The notes beneath the pieces are model-generated. The model was given only the letters and a program-made list of their open reading frames with translations, ran no database searches and was not told where the DNA came from. A stretch of 64,000 nt of DNA, taken from positions 1,953,344-2,017,343 of the forward strand of contig CM082584.2 in NCBI GenBank assembly GCA_040954595.2, given 5' to 3'. The position numbers and the translations under genes are program-made. Below are positions 1-11,829 of this stretch, piece by piece (positions within the stretch are counted from its first letter, which is position 1; every line of letters starts with the position of its first letter). Source of the stretch: Balanoglossus misakiensis. Taxonomy: Eukaryota; Animalia; Hemichordata.

Positions 1-3000
1 GCATTTTATACCCATGTCAAAGTGCAGAGCTTGCATCACTATCTACCCTGATGCATAATCAACCTTGCTTCGCCATTTACCCTGATGCAAAGAATCAGAT
101 TCAATGTCATCGTTGCATTAGCAATGTCAAAGTACAGTGCTTTTGGACACGTATTAACCCAGGGATTTACAGACAACTTTAAATCCCCCTGTAGGCATTT
201 TATACACATGTCAAAGTGAAGGGCTTGCATCACTATCTACCCTGATGCATAATCAACCTTGCTTCGCCATTTACCCTGATGCAAAGAATCAGATTCAATG
301 TCATCATTGCATTAGCAATGTCAAAGTACAGTGCTTTTCGACACGTATTAACCCACAGATTTTTCAACAACCTGAAATCCCCATATGCATTTAATACCCA
401 TGTCAAAGTGAAGTGTTTGCATCACTATCTACCCTGATGCATCATAAAGCTTGCTACGCCATTTACCCTGATGCAAAGAATCAGATTCAATGTCATCGTT
501 ACATTAGCAATGTCAAAGTACAGTGCTTTTGGACACGTATTAACCCAGGGATTTATCATCAACTTGAAATCCCCATATGCATTTAATACCCATGTCAAAG
601 TGAAGTGATTGCATCACTATCTACCCTGATGCATCATCAACCTTGCTTCGCCATTTGCCCAGATGCAAAGAATCAGATTCAATGTCATCGTTGCATTAGC
701 AATGTCAAATTAGAGTGCTTTTGGCCACGTATTAACCTATGGATTTACATTTAACATTAAATACCCATGTGAAAGTGCAGAGTTTGCATCACCATCTACT
801 CTGATGCATCATTGAGCTTGCTTCGCCATTTGCCCTAATGCAAAGAATCCCATTCAATGTCACCATTGCATATGCAATGTCAAAGTACAGTGCTTTCAGC
901 CACGTATTAACCCAGGGATTTACAGACAACTTTAAATCCCCCTGTAGGCATTTTATACCCATGTCAAAGTGAAGTGTTTGCATCACTATCTACCCTGATG
1001 CGTCATAAAGCTTGCTACGCCATTTACCCTGATGCAAAGAATCAGATTCAATGTCATCGTTGCATTAGCAATGTCAAAGTACAGTGCTTTTGGACACGTA
1101 TTAACCCACAGATTTTTCAACAACCTGAAATCCCCATATGCATTTAATACCCATGTCAAAGTGAAGTGTTTGCATCACTATCTACCCTGATGCATCATAA
1201 AGCTTGCTACGCCATATACCCTGATGCAAAGAATCAGATTCAATGTCATCGTTGCATTAGCAATGTCAAAGTACAGTGCTTTTGGACACGTATTAACCCA
1301 GGGATTTATCATCAACTTGAAATCCCCATATGCATTTAATACCCATGTCAAAGTGAAGTGATTGCATCACTATCTACCCTGATGCATCATCAACCTTGCT
1401 TCGCCATTTGCCCAGATGCAAAGAATCAGATTCAATGTCATCGTTGCATTAGCAATGTCAAATTAGAGTGCTTTTGGCCACGTATTAACCTATGGATTTA
1501 CATTTAACATTAAATACCCATGTGAAAGTGCAGAGTTTGCATCACCATCTACTCTGATGCATCATTGAGCTTGCTTCGCCATTTGCCCTAATGCAAAGAA
1601 TCCCATTCAATGTCACCATTGCATATGCAATGTCAAAGTACAGTGCTTTCAGCCACGTATTAACCCAGGGATTTACAGACAACTTTAAATCCCCCTGTAG
1701 GCATTTTATACCCATGTCAAAGTGAAGTGTTTGCATCACTATCTACCCTGATGCGTCATAAAGCTTGCTACGCCATTTACCCTGATGCAAAGAATCAGAT
1801 TCAATGTCATCGTTGCATTAGCAATGTCAAAGTACAGTGCTTTTGGACACGTATTAACCCACAGATTTTTCAACAACCTGAAATCCCCATATGCATTTAA
1901 TACCCATGTCAAAGTGAAGTGTTTGCATCACTATCTACCCTGATGCATCATAAAGCTTGCTACGCCATATACCCTGATGCAAAGAATCAGATTCAATGTC
2001 ATCGTTGCATTAGCAATGTCAAAGTACAGTGCTTTTGGACACGTATTAACCCAGGGATTTATCATCAACTTGAAATCCCCATATGCATTTAATACCCATG
2101 TCAAAGTGAAGTGATTGCATCACTATCTACCCTGATGCATCATCAACCTTGCTTCGCCATTTGCCCAAATGCAAAGAATCAGATTCAATGTCATCGTTGC
2201 ATTAGCAATGTCAAATTAGAGTGCTTTTGGCCACGTATTAACCTATGGATTTACATTTAACATTAAATACCCATGTGAAAGTGCAGAGTTTGCATCACCA
2301 TCTACTCTGATGCATCATTGAGCTTGCTTCGCCATTTGCCCTAATGCAAAGAATCCCATTCAATGTCACCATTGCATATGCAATGTCAAAGTACAGTGCT
2401 TTCAGCCACGTATTAACCCAGGGATTTACAGACAACTTTAAATCCCCCTGTAGGCATTTTATACCCATGTCAAAGTGAAGTGTTTGCATCACTATCTACC
2501 CTGATGCGTCATAAAGCTTGCTACGCCATTTACCCTGATGCAAAGAATCAGATTCAATGTCATCGTTGCATTAGCAATGTCAAAGTACAGTGCTTTTGGA
2601 CACGTATTAACCCACAGATTTTTCAACAACCTGAAATCCCCATATGCATTTAATACCCATGTCAAAGTGAAGTGTTTGCATCACTATCTACCCTGATGCA
2701 TCATAAAGCTTGCTACGCCATATACCCTGATGCAAAGAATCAGATTCAATGTCATCGTTGCATTAGCAATGTCAAAGTACAGTGCTTTTGGACACGTATT
2801 AACCCAGGGATTTATCATCAACTTGAAATCCCCATATGCATTTAATACCAATGTCAAAGTGAAGTGATTGCATCACTATCTACCCTGATGCATCATCAAC
2901 CTTGCTTCGCCATTTGCCCTGATGCAGAGAATCAGATTCAATGTCATCGTTGCATTAGCAATGTCAAAGTACAGTGCTTTTGGACACGTATTAACCCAGG

Positions 3001-6000
3001 GATTTATCATCAACTTGAAATCCCCATATGCATTTAATACCCATGTCAAAGTGAAGTGTTTGCATCACTATCTACCCTGATGCAATATAAAGCTTGCTAC
3101 GCCATTTACCCTGATGCAAAGAAACAGATTCAATGTCATCGTTACATTAGCAATGTCAAAGTACAGTGCTTTTGGACACGTATTAACCCAGGGATTTATC
3201 ATCAACTTGAAATCCCCATATGCATTTAATACCCATGTCAAAGTGAAGTGATTGCATCACTATCTACCCTGATGCATCATCAACCTTGCTTCGCCATTTG
3301 CCCAGATGCAAAGAATCAGATTCAATGTCATCGTTGCATTAGCAATGTCAAATTAGAGTGCTTTTGGCCACGTATTAACCTATGGATTTACATTTAACAT
3401 TAAATACCCATGTGAAAGTGCAGAGTTTGCATCACCATCTACTCTGATGCATCATTGAGCTTGCTTCGCCATTTGCCCTAATGCAAAGAATCCCATTCAA
3501 TGTCACCATTGCATATGCAATGTCAAAGTACAGTGCTTTCAGCCACGTATTAACCCAGGGATTTACAGACAACTTTAAATCCCCCTGTAGGCATTTTATA
3601 CCCATGTCAAAGTGAAGTGTTTGCATCACTATCTACCCTGATGCGTCATAAAGCTTGCTACGCCATTTACCCTGATGCAAAGAATCAGATTCAATGTCAT
3701 CGTTGCATTAGCAATGTCAAAGTACAGTGCTTTTGGACACGTATTAACCCACAGATTTTTCAACAACCTGAAATCCCCATATGCATTTAATACCCATGTC
3801 AAAGTGAAGTGTTTGCATCACTATCTACCCTGATGCATCATAAAGCTTGCTACGCCATATACCCTGATGCAAAGAATCAGATTCAATGTCATCGTTGCAT
3901 TAGCAATGTCAAAGTACAGTGCTTTTGGACACGTATTAACCCAGGGATTTATCATCAACTTGAAATCCCCATATGCATTTAATACCAATGTCAAAGTGAA
4001 GTGATTGCATCACTATCTACCCTGATGCATCATCAACCTTGCTTCGCCATTTGCCCTGATGCAGAGAATCAGATTCAATGTCATCGTTGCATTAGCAATG
4101 TCAAAGTACAGTGCTTTTGGACACGTATTAACCCAGGGATTTATCATCAACTTGAAATCCCCATATGCATTTAATACCCATGTCAAAGTGAAGTGTTTGC
4201 ATCACTATCTACCCTGATGCAATATAAAGCTTGCTACGCCATTTACCCTGATGCAAAGAAACAGATTCAATGTCATCGTTACATTAGCAATGTCAAAGTA
4301 CAGTGCTTTTGGACACGTATTAACCCAGGGATTTATCATCAACTTGAAATCCCCATATGCATTTAATACCCATGTGAAAGTTAAGTGATTGCATCACTAT
4401 CTACCCTGATGCATCATCAACCTTGCTTCGCCATTTGCCCTGATGCAAAGAATCAGATTCAATGTCATCGTTCCATTAGCAATGTCAAATTAGAGTGCTT
4501 TTGGCCACGTATTAACCTATGGATTTACATTTAACATTAAATACCCATGTGAAAGTGCAGAGTTTGCATCACCATCTACTCTGGTGCATCATTGAGCTTG
4601 CTTCGCCATTTGCCCTAATGCAAAGAATCCCATTCAATGCCACCATTGCATATGCAATGTCAAAGTACAGTGCTTTCCGCCACGTATTAACCCAGGGATT
4701 TACAGACAACTTTAAATCCCCCTGTAGGCATTTTATGGCCATGTCAAAGTGCAGAGCTTGCATCACTATCTACCCTGATGCTTCATCAACCTTGCTTCGC
4801 CATTTACCCTGATGCAAAGAATCAGATTCAATGTCATCGCTGCATTAGCAATGTCAAAGTACAGTGTTTTTGGACACGTAATAACCCAGGGATTTACAGA
4901 CAACATTAAATCCCCCTGTAGGCATTTTATACCCATGTCAAAGTGAAGTGTTTGCATCACTATCTACCCTGATGCATCATAAAGCTTGCTACGCCATTTA
5001 CCCTGATGCAAAGAATCAGATTCAATGTCATCGTTGCATTAGCAATGTCAAAGTACAGTGCTTTTGGACACGTATTAACCCAGGGATTTATCATCAACTT
5101 GAAATCCCCATATGCATTTAATACCCATGTCAAAGTGAAGTGATTGCATCACTATCTACCCTGATGCATCATCAACCTTGCTTCGCCATTTACCCTGATG
5201 CAAAGAATCAGACTCAATGTCATCGTTGCATTAGCAATGTCAAAGTACAGTGCTTTTGGACACGTATTAACCCAGGGATTTATCATCAACTTGAAATCCC
5301 CATATGCATTTAATACCCATGTCAAAGTGAAGTGTTTGCATCACTATCTACCCTGATGCAATATAAAGCTTGCTACGCAATTTACCCTGATGCAAAGAAA
5401 CAGATTCAATGTCATCGTTACATTAGCAATGTCAAAGTACAGTGCTTTTGGACACGTATTAACCCAGGGATTTATCATCAACTTGAAATCCCCATATGCA
5501 TTTAATACCCATGTCAAAGTTAAGTGATTGCATCACTATCTACCCTGATGCATCATAAAGCTTGCTACGCCATTTACCCTGATGCAAAGAATCAGATTCA
5601 ATGTTATCGTTGCATTAGCAATGTCAAAGTACAGTGCTTTTGGACACGTATTAACCCACAGATTTTTCAACAACCTGAAATCCCCATATGCATTTAATAC
5701 CCATGTCAAAGTTAAGTGTTTGCATCACTATCTACCCTGATGCATCATAAAGCTTGCTACGCCATTAACCCTGATGCAAAGAATCAGATTCAATGTCATC
5801 GTTGCATTAGCAATGTCAAAGTACAGTGCTTTTGGACACGTATTAACCCAGGGATTTATCATCAACTTGAAATCCCCATATGCATTTAATACCCATGTCA
5901 AAGTGAAGTGATTGCATCACTATCTACCCTGATGCATCATCAACCTTGCTTCGCCATTTACCCTGATGCAAAGAATCAGACTCAATGTCATCGTTGCATT

Positions 6001-7782
6001 AGCAATGTCAAAGTACAGTGCTTTTGGACACGTATTAACCCAGGGATTTATCATCAACTTGAAATCCCCATATGCATTTAATACCCATGTCAAAGTGAAG
6101 TGTTTGCATCACTATCTACCCTGATGCAATATAAAGCTTGCTACGCCATTTACCCTGATGCAAAGAAACAGATTCAATGTCATCGTTACATTAGCAATGT
6201 CAAAGTACAGTGCTTTTGGACACGTATTAACCCAGGGATTTATCATCAACTTGAAATCCCCATATGCATTTAATACCCATGTCAAAGTTAAGTGATTGCA
6301 TCACTATCTACACTGATGCATCATCAACCTTGCTTCGCCATTTGCCCTGATGCAAAGAATCAGATTCAAAGTCATCGTTGCATTAGCAATGTCAAATTAG
6401 AGTGCTTTTGGCCACGTATTAACCTTTGGATTTACAGTTAACATTCAATACCCATGTTAAAGTGCAGAGTTTGCATCACCATCTACTCTGATGCATCATT
6501 GAGCTTGCTTCGCCATTTGCCCTAATGCAAAGAATCCCATTCAATGTCACCATTGCATATGCAATGTCAACGTACAGTGCTTTCCGCCACGTATTAACCC
6601 AGGGATTTACAGACAACTTTAAATCCCCCTGTAGGCATTTTATACCCATGTCAAAGTGCAGAGCTTGCATCACTATCTACCCTGATGCATCATCAACCTT
6701 GCTTCGCCATTTGCCCTGATGCAAAGAATCAGATTCAATGTCATCGTTGCATTAGCAATGTCAAATTAGAGTGCTTTTGGCCACGTATTAACCTATGGAT
6801 TTACATTTAACATTAAATACCCATGTGAAAGTGCAGAGTTTGCATCACCATCTACTCTGATGCATCATTGAGCTTGCTTCGCCATTTGCCCTAATGCAAA
6901 GAATCCCATTCAATGTCACCATTGCATATGCAATGTCAAAGTACAGTGCTTTCCGCCACGTATTAACCCAGGGATTTACAGACAACTTTAAATCCCCTTG
7001 TAGGCATTTTATACCCATGTCAAAGTGCAGAGCTTGCATCACTATCTACCCTGATGCATCATCAACCTTGCTTCGCCATTTACCCTGATGCAAAGAATCA
7101 GATTCAATGTCATCGTTGCATTAGCAATGTCAAAGTACAGTGCTTTTGGACACGTATTAAGCCAGGGATTTACAGACAACTTTAAATCCCCCTGTAGGCA
7201 TTTTATACCCATGTCAAAGTGCAGAGCTTGCATCACTATCTACCCTGATGCATCATCAACCTTGCTTCGCCATTTACCCTGATGCAAAGAATCTGATTCA
7301 ATGTCATCGTTGCATTAGCAATGTCAAAGTACAGTGCTTTTGGACACGTATTAACCCAGGGATTTATCATCAACTTGAAATCCCCATATGCATTTAATAC
7401 CCATGTCAAAGTGAAGTGATTGCATCACTATCTACCCTGATGCATCATCAACCTTGCTTCGCCATTTGCCCTGATGCAAAGAATCAGATTCAATGTCATC
7501 GTTTCATTAACAATGTCAAAATAGAGTGCCTTTGGCCACGTATTAACCTATGGATTTACATTTAACATTAAATACCCATGTGAAAGTGCAGAGCTTGCAT
7601 CACCGTCTACTCTGATGCATCATTGAGCTTGCTTCGCCATTTGCCCTAATGCAAAGAATCCCATTCAATGTCATCGTTGCATTAGCAATGTCAAAGTACA
7701 GTGCTTTCCGCCACGTATTAACCCAGGGATTTACTGACAACTTTAAATCCCCCTATACACATTTTATACCCATGTCAAAGTG
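1..7782. repeat. Tandem satellite DNA, ~41 monomers of 175/192/194 bp with higher-order repeats; runs off the left edge
   Basis: Monomer starts (CATCAC) at 34, 228, 420, 612, 787, 981, 1173, 1365, 1540 and onward. The diagnostic 194-bp monomer recurs at 787, 1540, 2293, 3430, 4567, 6474, 6843 and 7598. Identical 65-aa ORFs at 753/1137-bp spacing reflect this periodicity. Confidence 0.98.
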
Positions 7783-7785
7783 ACA

Positions 7786-7825
7786 GGGTTCGAACCCATG
7801 ATCCTCTAACCACTGGACTATGACT
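7786..7825 (-). pseudogene. tRNA/SINE-head-like remnant (Pol III A box and B box) abutting the satellite
   Basis: Minus strand reads AGTCA-TAGTCCAGTGG-TTAGAGGATCATG-GGTTCGAACCC. This gives an A-box-like and a canonical B-box, but only 13 nt apart (anticodon arm missing). Confidence 0.5.
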
Positions 7826-9039
7826 ATGTGACAGAATGACCTTTCTGTATGGTGCCTTGTTTAGCTCCTAGTTAGATTTCAAGAAAATGTGGAAAAGTGC
7901 AAATTAGTCTCTTTGAATTTCCAACAACTCAGTTTGTCAGCTCCCATATCCCAGTTCTCTGACCAGTTCCCGTTCTTCTTAGATGTCACAAAACTGATCA
8001 CAAGACATGCAGTTGTACACTTTGCGGAAAACATTATGAATATATGCAGATAAGAAAAGACTTACTTGTGGGCAATTTAAACACAACATTTTGAGTAAAG
8101 TGGGTAAAATAGGATTAAAGTTGGTTTATAAAGGCATATCGAAAAGAATCTACTTCAATTTGTTCATTTCTGAAATTTGAGAATATGAATATGCATGTTT
8201 TATTTGCCATATATGAACACCAATGAAAAGTTATGTTTCCAGCTTAGGTATTGGTGGATTTGAACCACCTGACATCAGAAGACGCCTCCAGAATACCTCT
8301 AATTTGGTTGCATAATTTTCATGTGAATGTTCATAATATAGCGATTGATTAATCCCTAATTTTTTATTTTTATTTTGTTTTTTTTTTGGGGGGGGGGGGG
8401 CTGGAGGGGGGTGGAGGTTCAAGTAGTAAATCTTGCAGGCCAATTTGAAACAATGTGTCATGTAGTTAACCTGAAAGAAATTAACACCAATAGTTTCTGC
8501 TCTTTTTGAAACAAGGTGTCATGTGGTTGAACTGTGACAATGGGCCAGTCAAAATAGCATCTGCAAATTATGCACACAATAGAGTGATGGGTTAGTGGGT
8601 TAAGTTTACTTTTACCTTAGCATTATATAACACACTATCGTGTACATAATCTCGCAGAGCTCTATCATAATTGTTTTCAAATAAAGCAAGATAACTACTT
8701 GTATGATTACATATCTAATTTACGCGCCTAAAGGGCAGTTAAAAACCTCAGACCAGTTACAAAAGAGGAAAAAAAAACTGTCCTCTCCTCCTCTCACCCC
8801 ATGATCTAAGCTAAATTTGGAATTTGGATGGGGTGGGGAGGTTTAGCTAACCTAACATGTTCTGCCTGTCTGTCGCGTACAATGTGTCCATGCGCGAATA
8901 CGATCACGGGTACCGTTGCGAGAAATTCCACCGAATAACGATGCTGATGAGTATTATCTATCTGAGAAATAATAGCATGTTATTCATAAAACATACACAT
9001 TAACCAATTAATGAACCAACATGATTATTAGACCCTGGA

Positions 9040-9600
9040 CACTTATTTAATGTTATATCATTATTATACCTCTGTCATCATCATCAATATTAACACCCTT
9101 GTATACTTAATATCACCATAAGCCATCACCGCAATTATTAATCGTTATTATACCCTTCCATGATTGTTACCTTTATTAAACCCGACACAGTTATCACCAT
9201 TTATTATACCCTTCTCATTCATATACCCATTATAACCTGTGTACACAAGTCATCATCATATTATAAACCCATTATTATACCTTTTATACCAGTCACATTT
9301 GTTACCCTATTATCATTCCCTTCATCCAAAAAACCACTGTTACCCCTGTATAACCTGTGTACACTCAAATTTTACCATAAGCCATCATCACATTTGTAAC
9401 CCTTTTATTAAACCATTCATATTTGTTCGCCTTTATTATACCATACACATTTATGAACCTATTATCATACCCTGCACAAAGCCATTGCTGTTAACCTCAT
9501 TTTAGCATAAGTAATCACTACCAATTATTAACCTGATTTATTGGACTATTAAGTTTTATATTACGATCACTTCGTTTTGTACTCCTATATAACTCTACCT
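9040..9600. repeat. Degenerate AT-rich low-complexity repeat (ATTATACC/TTATTA-like)
   Basis: Recurrent ttattatacc and ataagccatcatca motifs with no coherent coding signal. Confidence 0.55.
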
Positions 9601-9636
9601 CATAATTTCGGTCAATAGGTTTATTATGTTGAAACT

Positions 9637-10240
9637 CCACTTCTCCATCCTTCCACATCTCCATCCTTTAAGTTGACGCTCCACGGCACCATCCATCCAC
9701 CAAAGTTTATATTTCAGCAGGTTGACTATGGTTGACGCTCCGCTCCATCCATCCATCAAAGTTTAATATTAGTAGGTTGACTATGGTTGACACTCCGCTC
9801 CATCCATCCATCCATCAAATTTTACGTTAGTAGGTTGATTATGGTGTTACCAGTGAGCCCTACAGGAAAAAAAGAGAAAAAAGAGAAAAAAAACTCTTCT
9901 TCTCCATCCTTCCACTTCTCCATCGTTTAAGTTGACGCTCAATGGCACCATCCATCCATCAAAGTTTATATTTCAGCAGGTTGACTATGGTTGACGCTCC
10001 GCCCCATCCATCCATCAAAGTTTATATTTAGTAGGTTGACTATGGTTGACGCTCCTTCCCATCCATCCATCAAAGTTTAATATTAGTAGGTTGACTATGG
10101 TTGACGCTCCGCTCCATCCATCCATCAAAGTTTATATTAGTAGGTTGACTATGGTTGACACTCCGCTCCACCCATCCATCAAATTTTACGTTAGTAGGTT
10201 GATTATGGTGTTACCATTGGGGCCTACAGGGAAAAAAAGA
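9637..10240. repeat. ~54-56-bp minisatellite in two duplicated blocks
   Basis: Unit GTTGACTATGGTTGACGCTCCGCTCCATCCATCCATCAAAGTTTATATTAGTAG. Block 1 (~9637-9890) and block 2 (~9897-10240) share both flanks but differ in unit number. Confidence 0.92.
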
Positions 10241-10354
10241 AAAGAGAGAAAAAAGAAAGAAAGAAAGGAAGAGAGAGAGAAGAAGAAGAGTACCGGTGGG
10301 ACCTACAGAAGAAAAAAGAATGAAAGAATTAAATACATGAAATCAATGATAATT

Positions 10355-11750
10355 AAAGATGCAAGCAGCGTTGGTGGGGCACAAACGGTTCCCATGGTAA
10401 CCAGCGAATCCCAAAGCTGTATCTGCTGTGGATACCAAGATATGGGAAAGTAGGTCAAAGGTCACCTGAGTTCACCCAAATTTGGGCGAAACATTTTGAC
10501 ACCATACTTGTCCATGACCAACAAAAACCAAACCTCTAGCCCTATTGGTTAGCCTGGAATTAGATATGTGCATAATTAATGAGGTAACATAAAAGACCCC
10601 AAAAGGTGTTCAATCCCTCCTAAAGCCAAGGCTCTATCCTGTCTGGATGCCGAGATATAGGGAAGAAGGTCAAAGGTCACCTGAGGTCACCAAAATTTGA
10701 GCAAAAATTTTGACACCACATATGTCCTTATACAACAAAAACCAAACATCTAGCCCTGTTGGTTAGCTTGGAATAAGATATGCACATAATTAATGAGGTA
10801 TTGTGTAAGACTCTATTAGGTGGTCAATCCCCCAATAGCCAGGGCTGTAACTGCTCTGGAAGCTGAGATATGGGAAAGTAGGTCAAAGGTCACCCAAAAT
10901 TTGGGCATAAAAGTTTGACCCCATAGTGGGCCATGTCCAACAAAAACCAGACCTGGAGCCCTATTGGTTAGCCTGGATTTAGATATGCAGAAAAATGATG
11001 TTTCAGAAATAGGTCAAAGGTCATTGCCAAAATATTTGTGTCATGTCCTGACAGCATTGGTACCCATGTCCACAAAATTCATGACTGTAGTGCTTTTAAA
11101 AGAGGAGGTATGGGGAATATGCATATATAATTAGTTGGTTTAAAACTGGGTCAAAGGTCATGTGAAAATTGCCCCCCAAAACTGTGACAAGTTCCGGTCA
11201 TATGATGACTTATATCCACAAAAATAATTTCCTTGGTGTCAACATTTTGGCTATAGAACGGAATTTACATTTTTCAATGGTTTTCAGGAAATCCAATATG
11301 GCCGCCATAATGATCGACCAATCACAGTGCACTTCGCAAACTTGAAAGACATAGGTTAGGTGACTGCATACCCCGAATCCCATAACTCGGCGATCACTGC
11401 TTCTGGAGAAGAAGATTTTAAAAGTTTTAAGTAGTTTTTCAGAAAAGAAATTGTAGCAAAAAAACTTTATATTTGACATCATGATTTCAATGGGGTAAAA
11501 TGATGGACAGAAGGTAGGCTACCTGCACACAAAATTTGAACTCGATTGGCCCAGTAGTTTTTGAGAAGGAGTCATTTAACGGTTTTCGGAAAATCTAATA
11601 TGGCCGCCAGGTCACGTGACTAATTAAATATTCACGGCCACTCTAGGTCTACTCATTGGCCCCTATCACCCTACCAAGTTTCAGCCCTGTAGGTGCTGCG
11701 GTTTTCCAGATCTACCTCGCCTGGCTTGTGCCCCTTATGATAGCATTAAT
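10355..11750. repeat. Interspersed repeat with internal ~210-bp subrepeats and AGGTCAAAGGTCA motifs; probable progenitor of the adjacent macrosatellite
   Basis: AGGTCAAAGGTCA at 10452, 10667, 10880 and 11011, GGGTCAAAGGTCA at 11148. Shares gcagcattgg, ctattggtta, aatccaatatggccgcc and gtcatatgatgact segments with the downstream array. Confidence 0.7.
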
Positions 11751-11829
11751 GTGGCAAGCCAGCCCAACCCAACAAACTGAGGGTCAAGGGATACATATGG
11801 TCAATTAATAAAAAAAAATAAGGTGCGAC

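Noticed and set aside
39-7282. Repeated 64-65-aa ORFs with overlapping TGATG stop/start, resembling a translationally coupled operon or peptide array
   Set aside because: They are a by-product of the 194-bp satellite monomer. The 192- and 175-bp monomers break the frame, and there is no recognisable domain.
1-7782. CRISPR-like array
   Set aside because: No unique spacers: whole monomers repeat, and there are no cas genes in this intron-containing animal DNA.
8365-8420. Poly-T/poly-G tracts (also 19680-19720, 28042, 29586, 40020) as G-quadruplex elements
   Set aside because: Homopolymer expansions. The 19.7-kb tract is absent from the two paralogous copies, indicating slippage or sequencing noise.
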